Source: Thermoplasmata archaeon
GTDB taxonomy: Archaea > Thermoplasmatota > SW-10-69-26 > JACQPN01 > JAJPHT01
Length of the DNA: 64,000 bases
Reading direction: 5' to 3'
Assembly: GCA_034667685.1 (NCBI GenBank)
Contig: JAXDQU010000034.1
Location: forward strand, 64,001 to 128,000
The position numbers and the translations under genes were made by a program. This document shows, one piece after another, positions 53,370 to 64,000 of this stretch. The stretch's first letter is position 1, and each line of letters starts with the position of its first letter. The notes under the pieces are model-generated. The model ran no database searches. It was not told the DNA's origin and saw only the letters and a list, made by a program, of their open reading frames with translations.

Positions 53370-54649
53370 CCCGGCGTCAGCACCTCGACGTCCAGGTCGG
53401 CGCCCGCGTAGGCCGCGACGAGGATGAACGCCGCGCCTTGGGGCACGACGCACGCCTCGTCCGCGCGCGGCGTCGCGCACCCCGGACCGTTGAGGTAGTT
53501 CCAGTTGGTCCTGAAATAGATATCAATGTCATGCACGAGGCCGTTGGGGTCCGTCGTGCGCGTGGCGATCGGCGTGCCGGCGGGCGGGGCGGGCAGGAAG
53601 AAGCCGTCGACGGGGAGCACGTTGTCGCCGTAGTTGCCCGCGACGAGGAACGGGTAGTACGTGGAGCCGATCTCGGCGATCGTCCACTCGGGGACGTAGG
53701 GTCCCCCCGCGACGATGTGGCCGTGCCCGAGCGCGCGCCAGCCGGTCGTGTCAGGGAAGGGCGTGGTGGGCGCGTTGAAGTCGCGGCGGCTCGCGACCGG
53801 CGCGGCGCGCGCGCACGCGTCGCTCGCCCATTCGCCCGTGGGCTGCGCCACGCAATCCGCCACCGTGCTCTCGACGTCGCCCGCCCCGACGCCCGTGAAG
53901 GGCGCGGTGACGAGCGAGACGTCGAGCCCCGCCGCGCGCAGGTCGGCGAGGATCAGCGGGAGCGTCGGGCCGTTGAGGATCGCCGCGTCGCCGTACGTCG
54001 CCGCGACGCCGATGACCGTGCCCAGCGCCGCGCCGTCCTGCGTGAGCATGGGGCTGCCGCTGTCGCCGCCGAGCACCGCGGCTTCGGCCAGGTACCAGCC
54101 TTCGTAGGCGCTGCCGGTCGTGAGCGAGTCGGCGCCGTTGACGCCCTGGAGCACCGCGAGGCGCGGCCGCAGCGGCGCGGCGCTGGAGACGTACGCGCCG
54201 TGGCCGGTGTGCATCAGGAGCGTGCCCGGCGCGGGCGCCTCCGCGACGCCGGTGGGCCCGCCCCAGTTGCGTACCGCCGGATCGACCTGATCCACCTTGT
54301 CCGCGTCGATCAGGTAGAGCGCGAAGTCCTCCGCCGAGTGGCCATTCGCGCTGGTGAAGCTCTTGTAGACGACCGTGCCGAACGCGCCCAGCGTGGGGGA
54401 GGCGACGCGCGCGCCCACCGCGGGCGAGCAATGCGCCGCGCCGCCAATGTAGAGCGAGGCCGCGTCGCGGAACACGAAGTCCAGCGTGCACCAGTTGTCG
54501 CCGTCGACCTGCTGCGCGCCGGGCTGGATGGGCTTGTACGCGTGCGGCGCGAAGGGAACCGGCGCGGTCGCGGCCGTGGGCCCGGGAAGGCCCAACGACG
54601 CCACGAGGAGGACGCAGAAGGCGAGCAGGGCGGCGCGGGGCACGCGCAT
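53366..54649 (-). CDS. Secreted trypsin-like (PA clan/S1) serine protease with a C-terminal extension
   Basis: Signal peptide; CTLDFVF..YIGGAAHC (His), EDFALY (Asp), GDSGSP (Ser). Confidence 0.82.
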   Translation of the reverse strand: MRVPRAALLAFCVLLVASLGLPGPTAATAPVPFAPHAYKPIQPGAQQVDGDNWCTLDFVFRDAASLYIGGAAHCSPAVGARVASPTLGAFGTVVYKSFTSANGHSAEDFALYLIDADKVDQVDPAVRNWGGPTGVAEAPAPGTLLMHTGHGAYVSSAAPLRPRLAVLQGVNGADSLTTGSAYEGWYLAEAAVLGGDSGSPMLTQDGAALGTVIGVAATYGDAAILNGPTLPLILADLRAAGLDVSLVTAPFTGVGAGDVESTVADCVAQPTGEWASDACARAAPVASRRDFNAPTTPFPDTTGWRALGHGHIVAGGPYVPEWTIAEIGSTYYPFLVAGNYGDNVLPVDGFFLPAPPAGTPIATRTTDPNGLVHDIDIYFRTNWNYLNGPGCATPRADEACVVPQGAAFILVAAYAGADLDVEVLTPG

Positions 54650-54742
54650 CCGAGCGCGGCCGCCAGGATAGCCTTTCCCGGTGATGCGTGTGCGCGTCGG
54701 CGCCGAAGCCCTCAAGTGCGGCCGCCGCCTCGCCGCGCCATC

Positions 54743-56446
54743 ATGAGCGACGACTTCGAGACGACGGTCCGCGCGCTCGCGCGCAAGTACGCGCTGGAGA
54801 ACGCCGTCAAGTTCGGCGGCAAGGCGACGCCGGGCGCCGTCGTGGGCAAGGTCATGGGCGAGGCGCCCGCTGATATCAAAGCGCGCGGCAAGGAGATGCA
54901 GCCTCTCATCGCCGCGGTCGTCGCCGAGGTCAACGTCATGGACGCCGAGGCGCAGAAGGCCGCCTTCGCCGCCGTCGAATCCACCCTCGTGAAGCGCGAG
55001 AAGGTGGAGCGCGAAGGCCCGCTGAAGCCCTTGCCCAACGCGACGAAGGGCAAGGTCGTGCTGCGCCTGGCGCCGAACCCCTCGGGGCCGCCGCACTTCG
55101 GCCACGGCCGCGGGATGGTCATCACCCAGGAATACAAGCGCATGTACGACGGGACGTTCATCCTGCGCTTCGACGACACGGACACCACCGTGAAGCCGCC
55201 CTGGCCGCCGGCGTACGACATGTTCCCCGAGACGGTCGAGTGGCTCTGCGGCGCGCGGCCCGATCGCATCATCTTCGCCTCCGACCGCATCGAGCGCCAC
55301 TACGAGGTCGCGCGCGAGGCGCTTTCCAAAGGCGCGCTCTACGTCTGCGAGTGCGAGGGGGACGCGTTCCGCGCGTTCAAGGAGAGGTCCGAGGACTGCC
55401 CGCACCGCGGCCAGAGCGCCGAGGAGAACCTGCGCAAGTGGGACGACATGCTCGCGGGCAAGTACCGGCGCGGCACCGTCGCCGTGCGCGTGAAGACGAG
55501 CATGCAGGACAAGGACCCCGCGCTGCGCGACTGGGTGGCGTTCCGCATCGCCGAGGAGCCGCACCCGCGCGTGGGCGACCGCTACAAGGTCTGGCCGCTG
55601 CTCGACTTCCAGAGCGCGGTGGACGACCACGACGAGAAGGTCACGCACATCATCCGCGGCAAGGACCTCCGCGACAGCACCGCCAAGCAGGAGTTCCTCT
55701 ATGCGCACCTGGGCTGGACGTACCCCGAGACGATGTACTGGGGGCGCGTGAGCGTCCACGAGTTCGGCAAGTTCAGCAAGAGCATCCTCCAGGAAGCCAT
55801 CAAGAAGGGCGAGTACACGGGCTGGGACGACCCGCGCCTGCCCACGTTCCCCGCGCTGCGCCGCCGCGGCTTCACGCCCGAGGGCATCCGCAGCTTCTGG
55901 CTATCCTTCGGCATCAGCGAGAAGGACGTCGCGGCCAGCCAGGTCACGCTCGAAGCCGAGAACAAGAAGGTCCTGGAGCCGGTCGTCAACCGCTACTTCT
56001 TCGTCCCGAACCCGCGCGCGCTCAGCGTCGCGGGCACCGGCGCCCTGGACGCGCACCCGCCGCTCCACCCGGACCACCCCGAGCGCGGCGCGCGGCGCAT
56101 CCACCTCGCCAGCCCTGTTCACGTGCGTGTCGCGGCCGAGGACCTGCGCGAGGGCCCGCTGCGCCTCAAGGACCTCTGCAACGTGCGCGTCGAAGCAGGC
56201 GCGGCGACGTTCGAGGGAAACGACCTCGCGTGGGCCCGGCAGCACAAGGCGCCCATCGTGCAGTGGGTCGGCCCCGACGCCGTCCCCGCGCGCCTCGTCA
56301 CGCCCGACGCGACCGTCGTCACCGGCCTCGCCGAGCCGGCGCTCGCCCGCGAGCCGGTGGGCACGATCGTGCAGCTGGAGCGCGTGGGATTCGCGCGCGT
56401 GGACGCGCACGAGCCCGAGCTCACCCTCTATTTCGCGCACCGGTAG
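54743..56446 (+). CDS. gltX: Glutamate-tRNA ligase (archaeal type)
   Basis: ALENAVKFGGKA, RLAPNPSGPPHFGH, LRFDDTD, HIIRGKDL, FSKS, GWDDPRLPT..LRRRG, QLERVGF. Confidence 0.97.
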   Translation: MSDDFETTVRALARKYALENAVKFGGKATPGAVVGKVMGEAPADIKARGKEMQPLIAAVVAEVNVMDAEAQKAAFAAVESTLVKREKVEREGPLKPLPNATKGKVVLRLAPNPSGPPHFGHGRGMVITQEYKRMYDGTFILRFDDTDTTVKPPWPPAYDMFPETVEWLCGARPDRIIFASDRIERHYEVAREALSKGALYVCECEGDAFRAFKERSEDCPHRGQSAEENLRKWDDMLAGKYRRGTVAVRVKTSMQDKDPALRDWVAFRIAEEPHPRVGDRYKVWPLLDFQSAVDDHDEKVTHIIRGKDLRDSTAKQEFLYAHLGWTYPETMYWGRVSVHEFGKFSKSILQEAIKKGEYTGWDDPRLPTFPALRRRGFTPEGIRSFWLSFGISEKDVAASQVTLEAENKKVLEPVVNRYFFVPNPRALSVAGTGALDAHPPLHPDHPERGARRIHLASPVHVRVAAEDLREGPLRLKDLCNVRVEAGAATFEGNDLAWARQHKAPIVQWVGPDAVPARLVTPDATVVTGLAEPALAREPVGTIVQLERVGFARVDAHEPELTLYFAHR

Positions 56447-56540
56447 GGCCACGCCCCACGCGGGCCGGCAAGGCGCCCTCCGTTGCACGAGGATACCACA
56501 AGGGCTTTAGGACGTTCGAAAGTCGTCAAACGCGACATCC

Positions 56541-57722
56541 ATGGCCAACGCCACCCTGGACCGCGCGCGCGGCATCATGGCCGGCGCCGAGGGAAACCCC
56601 CTCGTGATCCTTGCCGCCGGGCTCGTCCTGAGCGCGGGCATCCTCCACTTCCTGGTGGCGCCTGACCACTTCCACGAGCACGTCGCCCAAGGCCTCTTCA
56701 TGGCCGTGCTGGGCACCCTCCAGGTCGTCTGGGCCCTCTGGTTCTACGCCCGCCCCCGCGCCGGCGGCCTCGCGGCCGGCCTCGCGCTCACCCTCGGAAG
56801 CCTCGTCGTCTGGCTCATCGCCATCACCTACCGCGCCCCCTTCCAGAGCGACGCCGAGCCCGCCGATCCCATCGCCTACACCACCAAGGCCATCGAGCTC
56901 CTCGCCCTCGTCGCGCTCCTGGCGCTCCCGCTCAGCCGCGCCCACCTCGCGGGCGGCCTCGCGCGCGCGCTCCCGCTGGTCGTCGTCATCCTCCTGGTGG
57001 GCGCGCTCGCCGGCGCCGGGGCCTTCGGCGCGGGCCTCGTGGGCGAGCAGGTCGCCCCCGGCCTGGGCGAAGGCGCGGCCCCGATGAGCATGGGTGGCGA
57101 CGCCGGCGTCACCCCCGCGAGCACCGACCACGGCAGCGACACGGGCGGCATGCCGATGGGCAACACCAGCGGCAACAGCACCAACACGAGCACGCCCGGC
57201 AACGGACTCCCGCCCGGCTTCGACGGAAGCAACTGCATGGGCGGCATGGACATGCCCGGATGCACCGCCCGGCAGGCCGAGATCTACTTCGACCAGCAGG
57301 CCGCCGCGCCGCCCCCGCCGCCCGACAAGCCGCTCCCCAACGTCAAGATCGACCTCGCGCAGCAGGGACCTGCCACCCAGAAGTTCAGCTTGCCCGACGC
57401 GGGCGTCAAGCAACTGCTCATCAGCATCCGGCTCAACAGCACCAGCACCGGCCCCTACGCCGCGTGCGACAGCGCCACCCCGCCCTGCCAGGGCAGCATC
57501 ACCGTGACGCTCGCCGGCAAGACCGCCAGCGGCAAGGTCACGCTCACCAACGGCGACATGCAGGGCGTCGACACCGGCCAGAGCGCCGCGGGGCCCAAGG
57601 CGGAAGGGCCGTGGAACACCGCGATCCTGAACCCGGACTCGGGCGACTGGACGATCACCGTCGACGGCATCGGCACGAACGCGCACGTGGATGTGCAGAT
57701 CACCGAGCGGTTCTTCTCCTGA
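56541..57722 (+). CDS. Membrane protein with His-containing TM region and Met/Cys-rich extracellular region (possible metal binding)
   Basis: AGILHFLVAPDHFHEH..GLF, five TM segments, then PMSMGG..GGMPMG..NCMGGMDMPGC and a beta-rich domain. Confidence 0.7.
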   Translation: MANATLDRARGIMAGAEGNPLVILAAGLVLSAGILHFLVAPDHFHEHVAQGLFMAVLGTLQVVWALWFYARPRAGGLAAGLALTLGSLVVWLIAITYRAPFQSDAEPADPIAYTTKAIELLALVALLALPLSRAHLAGGLARALPLVVVILLVGALAGAGAFGAGLVGEQVAPGLGEGAAPMSMGGDAGVTPASTDHGSDTGGMPMGNTSGNSTNTSTPGNGLPPGFDGSNCMGGMDMPGCTARQAEIYFDQQAAAPPPPPDKPLPNVKIDLAQQGPATQKFSLPDAGVKQLLISIRLNSTSTGPYAACDSATPPCQGSITVTLAGKTASGKVTLTNGDMQGVDTGQSAAGPKAEGPWNTAILNPDSGDWTITVDGIGTNAHVDVQITERFFS

Positions 57723-57865
57723 GGCTGAAGCGCGAAGCGCTTCAGCCTCAGCCGCACTCTGCCGACGGGCCGCGCTTCGCGGGCCCTACGGCGACCTCGC
57801 TCGCTGCGCTCGCGAGGTCGTGCTGCCCGGGGGCGCTCTCGGCCCGCGGGCCGCTCGGCCCCCGA
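57720..57865. repeat. REP-like hairpin cluster between convergent genes
   Basis: tgaggctgaagcgc-GAA-gcgcttcagcctca (14-bp stem); cgacctcgc-TCGCTGCGCTC-gcgaggtcg. Confidence 0.8.
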
Positions 57866-58099
57866 CAACGCCATCCTGGCTCACCCCGCGCTCACGCCTC
57901 ATGCCCCACGCACCGCAGCACGGGCAGCCGCGGGTATCTGGCGTAGCGCTCCGGCTCGGTCGCGCTGCGGCGGCAGAGCCAGAAGGCGCTGCGCGGCGCG
58001 TCGCTGCGCCGCGCGTGGCGGCACGTTCCGCAGAGGCCGGGGTCCATGGCTCGCGCTCGTGCTATCAAATGGAGAAAAGCCTGCCGGAGCCTGGGGGCC

Positions 58100-58381
58100 T
58101 CAGATGCGGCCCATCTCGACGACGGAGGCGCTGCCCACGCCGTCGAGGCCGTTGAAGGCCTCTTCGATCGCGTCGGGGCCGCCCTCGGCGTCGCTCATGA
58201 GAATCGTCACGTTGACGCTCTTGAGGCCGAACGCGACGGGCTTGAACTGGATGTTCTGCACCTTGGCGGCCGGGGCGACGCTCTTGACGGCGGCGAGCGC
58301 GGCCTCGCCGAGCTTCTGCGTGTCGACTTCGGCGCCATCGGGCATGAGCTTGAATTCGACGATGAGGTCGAGCTTCGTCAT
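58100..58381 (-). CDS. ef1b: Translation elongation factor aEF-1beta
   Basis: KLMPDGAEVD, PVAFGLKS, DAEGGPDAIEE..DGVGSA.V. Confidence 0.92.
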   Translation of the reverse strand: MTKLDLIVEFKLMPDGAEVDTQKLGEAALAAVKSVAPAAKVQNIQFKPVAFGLKSVNVTILMSDAEGGPDAIEEAFNGLDGVGSASVVEMGRI

Positions 58382-58392
58382 GGTCGGCACCT

Positions 58393-58569
58393 TCAGGGGC
58401 CCATGAAGCCGCAGCTGTCGCACTTGTAGTGGACGCTCTGGTCGCGGCACTGGGCGCAGCGGCCGAGGCTGGTCTCGCCGCAGGCGGGGCACTTGAAGGC
58501 GGTGGTGGCCTTGCCGAGGAGGCGCGTGCCGCAGGAGCTGCAAATGTCGGTGATCTTCTGGCTCATCAT
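58393..58569 (-). CDS. Zn-ribbon protein (DUF1610/HVO_2753-like)
   Basis: CSSCG..F.CPACG..RCAQCR..YKCDSCGFMGP, directly upstream of EF-1beta. Confidence 0.9.
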   Translation of the reverse strand: MMSQKITDICSSCGTRLLGKATTAFKCPACGETSLGRCAQCRDQSVHYKCDSCGFMGP

Positions 58570-58688
58570 GGGGGTGGCTCCGGTGGCGCGGCGAAGTGGG
58601 TCATCCCATTTAACCCCTAGCCACGGCTGGCCGCTGGGGCACGACGGCACAAGAAGGGCTCAAGTGGCGCGTGCCGTTGCGCGGGCCG

Positions 58689-59771
58689 ATGCGCGTCCTG
58701 GCGGTGGCGTTCCTCGTGGTGTCTGCGGGCTGCGTGGCCGGGTGCGTCCAGGCGCCCCAGGCGACGGGCCGCGCGGCGGTCTCCGCGACGACGGGGGACC
58801 TCGCCGCGTTCCTGACCGCTGCGCCCAAGCCCGGGCTGGATGGCGCGAAGGTCGAGTCGTGGCTCGCGGCGTTCGTCGCGGCGCACCATCCGCGCCTGAC
58901 GGGCTCGCCGTTGGAGAAGGCGGCGGGCGACGACCTGGAGGCGCAGCTCAAGGCGCTGGGCTATCAGACCGAGTCGAAGCGGTACGGCGCGCAGGGCGCC
59001 CCCTCGGTGGACGGCCCGTTCCGCGCGGTGCTCGGCGTCAAGAAGGGCACGACGCACCCCGAAGAAGTGCTCGTGGTGGGCGCGCACTACGACACCGCGC
59101 CCGCGGGGACCGGCGGCATCCCCGGCTCGCCCGTCCCGGCGCCCAACCCGGTGGGCCCGCCGCCCGACACCGCGACGTACGACAATGGCAGCGGCACCGC
59201 GGTGGTGATGGAGCTGGCGCGCCTGATGGCCAACGTCACGACCGAGCGCACGGTGGTCTTCGCGCTGTTCAACGGCGAGGAGGAGGGGCTCGTCGCTTCG
59301 GGCGCCTACGCCAAGGAACTGCAAGGGCAGGGGGCGCGCGTCGTCTCGTACTTCGGCTTCGACATGGTGGGCATCGGCTATCCCAGCAAGGCGGGCTGCC
59401 TGTGCATCTACGCGGGGAAGCGCTACAGCAAGGACCTCAACCCCGTGCAGGAGCAGGTGGCGTTCGCGTTCCTGGGCCTGCCGCGCGGGAATGATAGCGT
59501 GCAGGTGTTCGACAACCACGACACGCGCAACAGCGACGAGGGGAGCTTCGCGACGGCGGGCTTCCCCACGATGCGCTGGGCGGGCCTCGCCACCGCGGGC
59601 AAGTACTGGGCCTACCACAAGCTCAACGACACGATGGACACGATGGTCGCGCAGGCGGGGTCCGAGGACGCGCTGCGCGCGGGCTTCGCGGCCGCCAGCG
59701 AGACCGCGTACTACACGATCCTCGCGATGGACCACGAAGGCATGATCGCGGGGCAAGCCGGGTCGGGCTGA
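58689..59771 (+). CDS. M28-family metallopeptidase, probable lipoprotein
   Basis: Lipobox-like SAGC/VAGC; VVGAHYD, DNGSGTA, FNGEEEGLVAS, FDMVG, SDEGSF, YHKLNDT. Confidence 0.9.
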   Translation: MRVLAVAFLVVSAGCVAGCVQAPQATGRAAVSATTGDLAAFLTAAPKPGLDGAKVESWLAAFVAAHHPRLTGSPLEKAAGDDLEAQLKALGYQTESKRYGAQGAPSVDGPFRAVLGVKKGTTHPEEVLVVGAHYDTAPAGTGGIPGSPVPAPNPVGPPPDTATYDNGSGTAVVMELARLMANVTTERTVVFALFNGEEEGLVASGAYAKELQGQGARVVSYFGFDMVGIGYPSKAGCLCIYAGKRYSKDLNPVQEQVAFAFLGLPRGNDSVQVFDNHDTRNSDEGSFATAGFPTMRWAGLATAGKYWAYHKLNDTMDTMVAQAGSEDALRAGFAAASETAYYTILAMDHEGMIAGQAGSG

Positions 59772-60210
59772 GATCGCCCCGCCGGGTCCTGGCTGCCCAC
59801 GGTCATGAGGCGCCATCCTCGGCCTCGTCCTCCCGAGCTTCTCGAGCGGCCTCGGGTGCTGACGCCGCGCTCGGGAATCGGCGGGCGCGCCGATCCAGCC
59901 GCTTTCTTTTCTCATTCCCTTCTCCGGGGCGCGTCCTCGGATCCGCCGGCGCGCCTCCCGCGGTCGAACGTGCCAGCCTCGCTCCGCGAGCGCGCGGTCG
60001 CCGGCAGGGAACCCTTCCCCCACCCCGAAGGGCCCATTTCGTGGCCAAGCTTCAAATACCAGATGCCGTATCACCGTCGCCGAACCCCCCTCAGGGGTTG
60101 CCATCGCGCGAAAGCACCGATGCGGCCGAGGACCACAGGATGCGGGCGTTGTCGTCGTTCGGGGTCGTCCCAATCGCGCAGCGCAGCCTCCGCGTGGTCG
60201 CCGACGTGGA

Positions 60211-60284
60211 GGGCTTGTAGCTTAGCTAGGTAGAGCGTCCGGCTTTTAACCGGATGGTCGGGGGTTCGAATCCCTCCAAGCCCG
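60211..60284 (+). tRNA. tRNA-Lys (anticodon UUU), intronless, CCA not encoded
   Basis: Acceptor GGGCTTG/CAAGCCC; anticodon arm TCCGG-CT-TTT-AA-CCGGA; T-loop TTCGAAT. Confidence 0.96.
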
Positions 60285-60462
60285 CTGGGGACCGCCGGCC
60301 GCCGAGACGCCTGCCGCGCTTCGCCGCCCGATGCGACCCTGGGGATATCAGGAGAGAGACCGGATGCAGAAGCTCGTCGCCAAGCCCCGCAAGCCCGAAT
60401 CCGCATCCACGCGCCCCACCCGGGGCGCCCGCGTCTCGTCCATGTTCAAGGAGTGGTGAGCG

Positions 60463-60702
60463 TTGCCCAAGGCCTTCGATGTCATGAAGCACGACCTCGT
60501 TCCGCGCCACGAGGTCCTGTCCGACGAGGAAGCGCGCGCGATCCTCGACAAATACGGCGCCACCCCCGACCAGTTCCCCAAGATCTACGCGAGCGATGCG
60601 GTGGCTCGCGCGATCCGCGCCAAGCCTGGCAACATCGTCCGCATCCGTCGCAAGAGCCCGACCGCGGGCGAGGCGATCGCGTACCGTTACGTGGTGGAGT
60701 GA
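60463..60702 (+). CDS. rpoH: RNA polymerase subunit H (Rpo5)
   Basis: FDVMKHDLVPRHEVL, QFPKI..SD, PGNIVRI.RKSPTAG...YRYV; SD upstream of TTG. Confidence 0.96.
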   Translation: MPKAFDVMKHDLVPRHEVLSDEEARAILDKYGATPDQFPKIYASDAVARAIRAKPGNIVRIRRKSPTAGEAIAYRYVVE

Positions 60703-60708
60703 TCTCAA

Positions 60709-62280
60709 ATGCGTGAGCTCGTCGATGCGTTCTACCGGGAGCGTTCCCTGGCCAACCACCACATCATGTCCTACAACGACTTCATCAACTACTGGTTGCA
60801 GGACATCATTGACAAGATCAAGGTCGGCGACGATGAGGCCGAGCGCGGCACCATCACGACCGACATCGAAGGCTACGAGGTCAAGCTCGGCAAGATCCGC
60901 GTGGGCAACCCGTTGGTCAAGGAAGCCGACGGCTCGACGCGCCTGCTGACGCCGATGGAGGCGCGCCTGCGCAACCTCACCTACGAGGCCCCGATGTACC
61001 TCGAGTTCATCCCCATCATCGAAGGCGTCGAGCACGAGCCCGAGGAGGTGCGCATCGGCGACATGCCCATCATGGTCAAGTCGGCGAAGTGCAACATCAC
61101 CAAGGAGAACCTCGAGCGCCACGAGGGCACCATCTTCACGCCCGAGGAATACTACCGCCGCCTCATCGAGCTCCAGGAGGACCCGCTGGACATCGGCGGC
61201 TACTTCATCATCAACGGCACGGAGCGCGTGCTGATCTCGCTCGAAGACCTCGCGCCCAACCGCGTGATGGTCGAGTTCAACAAGCGCTACGGCCGCGACG
61301 TCCCCGTCGCCAAGGTCTTCTCGCAGCGCGAGGGCTACCGCGCGCTTGTCATCGTCGAGATGAAGAAGGACGCGACGCTCATGGTGTCCGTCCCCGCGGC
61401 CTCCGGCCAGCTTCCGCTGGTCGTGCTGCTGCGCGCGCTGGGCATGGAGTCCGACGAGGACATCATGAACGCCATCGTCACGGACCCCGAGATGATGCCG
61501 TTCGTCCTCTCCAACATCGAGGACAGCGTCAACGAGTACGGCGTCTCCAACCGCGAGGAGGCCGTCGCCTTCCTCGGCAAGAAGCTCGCCGGCGGCCAGG
61601 CCAAGGAGTACCGCATCAAGCGCGTCGAGTCCCTCATGGACCGCAGCCTGCTGCCGCACCTGGGCAACGACCCCGACGACCGCATGAAGAAGGCCATCTT
61701 CCTGGGCCGCATGTCGCGCAGCGTGCTGGAGCTGGCCATCGGCCACGCCGAGCCCGACGACAAGGACCACTACGCCAACAAGCGCCTCAAGCTCGCCGGC
61801 GACCTGATGGAGGACCTCTTCCGCGTCGCCTTCACGGGCCTCGTCAAGGACCTGAAGTATCAGCTTGAGAGGGCGCACAGCCGCAACCGCGAGCTGAAGG
61901 TCAGCACCGCGGTGCGCAGCGACGTGCTATCACAGCGCCTGCTCCACGCGCTCGCCACGGGCAACTGGGTCGGCGGCCGCGCCGGCGTCAGCCAACTGCT
62001 GGACCGCACGTCGAACCTCGCGACGCTCTCGCACCTGCGCAGGATCATCTCGCCGCTGACGCGCAGCCAGCCCCACTTCGAGGCGCGTGACCTGCACGCG
62101 ACCCAGTGGGGCCGCCTCTGCCCCGCGGAGACGCCCGAAGGCCCGAACTGCGGCCTCGTGAAGAACATGGCCCTCATGACCGAGATCAGCGAGGGCTACG
62201 AGGACAAGGAGGTCCTGCAGACCGTGCGCGACCTCGGCGTCCAGGAAATCCACTCCAAGGACATCGAGCTGGGGGCCTGA
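60709..62280 (+). CDS. rpoB2: RNA polymerase subunit B'' (Rpo2N)
   Basis: [62 protein letters not shown]. Confidence 0.97.
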   Translation: MRELVDAFYRERSLANHHIMSYNDFINYWLQDIIDKIKVGDDEAERGTITTDIEGYEVKLGKIRVGNPLVKEADGSTRLLTPMEARLRNLTYEAPMYLEFIPIIEGVEHEPEEVRIGDMPIMVKSAKCNITKENLERHEGTIFTPEEYYRRLIELQEDPLDIGGYFIINGTERVLISLEDLAPNRVMVEFNKRYGRDVPVAKVFSQREGYRALVIVEMKKDATLMVSVPAASGQLPLVVLLRALGMESDEDIMNAIVTDPEMMPFVLSNIEDSVNEYGVSNREEAVAFLGKKLAGGQAKEYRIKRVESLMDRSLLPHLGNDPDDRMKKAIFLGRMSRSVLELAIGHAEPDDKDHYANKRLKLAGDLMEDLFRVAFTGLVKDLKYQLERAHSRNRELKVSTAVRSDVLSQRLLHALATGNWVGGRAGVSQLLDRTSNLATLSHLRRIISPLTRSQPHFEARDLHATQWGRLCPAETPEGPNCGLVKNMALMTEISEGYEDKEVLQTVRDLGVQEIHSKDIELGA

Positions 62281-62285
62281 AACTC

Positions 62286-64000
62286 ATGGCTGAACAGAAC
62301 ATCGAAGGCGCCCGCGTGTTCGTGAACGGCGACCTCGCCGGCCTGCACGACAACCCGCGCGAGCTCGTCGACAAGATCCGCGCCCGCCGCCGCCAGGGCC
62401 TCTTGACCAACGAGGTCAACGTCCGCTACGACGAGGCCACCAACGACGTCATCATCAACTGCGACGCGGGCCGCCCGCGCCGCCCGCTCGTGGTCGTCCG
62501 CGACGGCCGCCCGCTCGTCAGCGAGGAGCACATGCGCGACCTCAAGGACGGCCGCATGACGTGGAGCGACCTGCTCCGCGAGGGCGTCGTCGAGTACATC
62601 GACGCCGAGGAGGAGGAGAACCTCTTCATCGCGCTCGACGAGAAGGACCTGCACGAGAAGCACAACGCCTACCTCCAGCACAAGACGCCCCTCTCGCCCA
62701 GCCACATGGAGATCGACCCCATGGTCATCCTGGGCATCGCGTCGGGCATCGTCGTCTACCCCGAGCACAACTCCGCCCCGCGCGTCACGATGGGCGCAGG
62801 CATGGGCAAGCAGAGCCTCGGCTTCGGGCAGAGCAACTATCGTATCCGGCCCGAGACCCGCGGCCACCTGATGCACTACCCGCAGCAGCCCATGACCCAG
62901 ACGCACTCGATGAAGTACATCAACTTCGATCGCCGCCCGTCTGGCCAGAACATGGTCGTGGCCGTCATCAGCTACCACGGCTACAACATGGAAGACGCCA
63001 TCATCATGAACCGCGCCGCGATCGACCGCGGCCTGGGCCGCAGCAGCTTCTTCCGCACCTACGCCTCCGAAGAGCGCCGTTACCCCGGCGGCCAGGAGGA
63101 CCACTTCGAGATCCCCAGCCCCGAGGTCAAGGGCGCGCGCTCCGAAGACGCGTACACCAACCTCGGCGAGGACGGCCTCATCGCCCCCGAGGCCGACGTC
63201 AAGTCCGGCGACGTGCTCATCGGCAAGACGAGCCCGCCCCGCTTCCTCGAGGAGCCGTCCGACTTCCTCACGCCCCAGAAGCGCCGCGAGACCTCGGTCA
63301 CCGTGCGCCACGGCGAGAACGGCGTCGTGGACAGCGTCATGTTCACCGAGAGCAGCAACGGCTCCCGCCTGGTCATGGTCATGGTGCGCGACCTGCGCTT
63401 CGCAGAGCTTGGCGACAAGTTCGCGGCGCGCCACGGCCAGAAGGGCGTCATCGGCCTCGTCGTGAACCCGGAAGACATGCCCTTCAACCCCGAAGGCATG
63501 GTGCCCGACCTCATCGTCAACCCGCACGGCATCCCGTCGCGCATGACCATCGCCCACGTGCTCGAACTGCTCGGCGGCAAGGTCGGCGCGCGCGAAGGCC
63601 GCACCCTCGACGGCACCCCCTTCACCGGCACGGACGACGAGACGAGCATCCGCGACACGCTGCTCAAGCACGGCTTCGACTACAGCGGCAAGGAGACGCT
63701 CTACGACGGCCACACCGGCGAGCGCATCGACGCCGAGATCTTCGTGGGCGTCATCTTCTACCAGAAGCTGCACCACATGGTGTCCGGCAAGATGCACGCG
63801 CGCTCCCGTGGCCCCGTGCAGATCCTCACGCGCCAGCCCACCGAAGGCCGCGCCCGTGACGGTGGCCTCAGATTCGGCGAGATGGAGCGCGACTGCCTCA
63901 TCGGCCACGGATCGGCCATGGTCATCAAGGACCGCCTCCTCGACGAGTCGGACCGCGTGACCGAGCTGGTCTGCCGCCACTGCGGCCACGTCGCCATGCA
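62286..64000 (+). CDS. rpoB1: RNA polymerase subunit B' (Rpo2C), truncated by the window end
   Basis: Hand translation [15 protein letters not shown]...[54 protein letters not shown]; absent from the ORF track because there is no stop. Confidence 0.97.
   Translation, partial: MAEQNIEGARVFVNGDLAGLHDNPRELVDKIRARRRQGLLTNEVNVRYDEATNDVIINCDAGRPRRPLVVVRDGRPLVSEEHMRDLKDGRMTWSDLLREGVVEYIDAEEEENLFIALDEKDLHEKHNAYLQHKTPLSPSHMEIDPMVILGIASGIVVYPEHNSAPRVTMGAGMGKQSLGFGQSNYRIRPETRGHLMHYPQQPMTQTHSMKYINFDRRPSGQNMVVAVISYHGYNMEDAIIMNRAAIDRGLGRSSFFRTYASEERRYPGGQEDHFEIPSPEVKGARSEDAYTNLGEDGLIAPEADVKSGDVLIGKTSPPRFLEEPSDFLTPQKRRETSVTVRHGENGVVDSVMFTESSNGSRLVMVMVRDLRFAELGDKFAARHGQKGVIGLVVNPEDMPFNPEGMVPDLIVNPHGIPSRMTIAHVLELLGGKVGAREGRTLDGTPFTGTDDETSIRDTLLKHGFDYSGKETLYDGHTGERIDAEIFVGVIFYQKLHHMVSGKMHARSRGPVQILTRQPTEGRARDGGLRFGEMERDCLIGHGSAMVIKDRLLDESDRVTELVCRHCGHVAM

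Noticed and set aside
51956-56446. Apparent 1496-aa giant GluRS fusion (similarly 12075-15035, 1574-3811, 53366-55759, 28672-30852)
   Set aside because: The upstream parts are stop-free shadow frames over other genes; real starts are at 54743, 13368, 2599, 54649 and 29259.
60709-64000. Split rpoB as a frameshift or pseudogene
   Set aside because: The B''/B' split is a normal feature of many euryarchaeal lineages; both parts have proper starts and intact motifs.

Overview
This is a 64-kb stretch of a very GC-rich (about 70%, estimated by eye) archaeal chromosome. Markers are rpoH followed by a split rpoB (B'' then B'), egsA, archaeal-type proS and gltX, EF-1beta, Trm1, two Nep1 paralogues, MptE, UPF0179 and a tRNA-Lys(UUU). 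The proteins are not acidic, so it is probably not a haloarchaeon; a Thermoplasmatota-like lineage is plausible but only inferred. Most of the window is housekeeping and metabolic genes mixed with lineage-specific secreted Cys-rich proteins. The main finding is an accessory island downstream of proS (about 41.1-44.9 kb). There, two convergent genes (a pentapeptide-repeat protein and a PLP aminotransferase) are bracketed by a perfect 16-bp AT-rich inverted repeat, ATAACTAGGGATTATC, which resembles a tyrosine-recombinase site (TAA-N7-TTA). One copy contains the stop codon of an adjacent intact XerC/D-like recombinase. Both cargo reading frames run from the site in the same register (TAA-CTA-GGG-ATT-ATC). 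This suggests a shufflon-like invertible gene switch in an archaeon. Other observations are many intergenic palindromes built from different short tandem units, a 65-bp MITE-like family, REP-like hairpins with a conserved GNA-triloop cap, a 32-bp-phased Lrp operator, a leader ORF that repeats the N-terminus of the downstream Usp, and a paralogous secreted-domain family. No CRISPR array or rRNA was seen. All protein calls come from motif recognition, not database searches.
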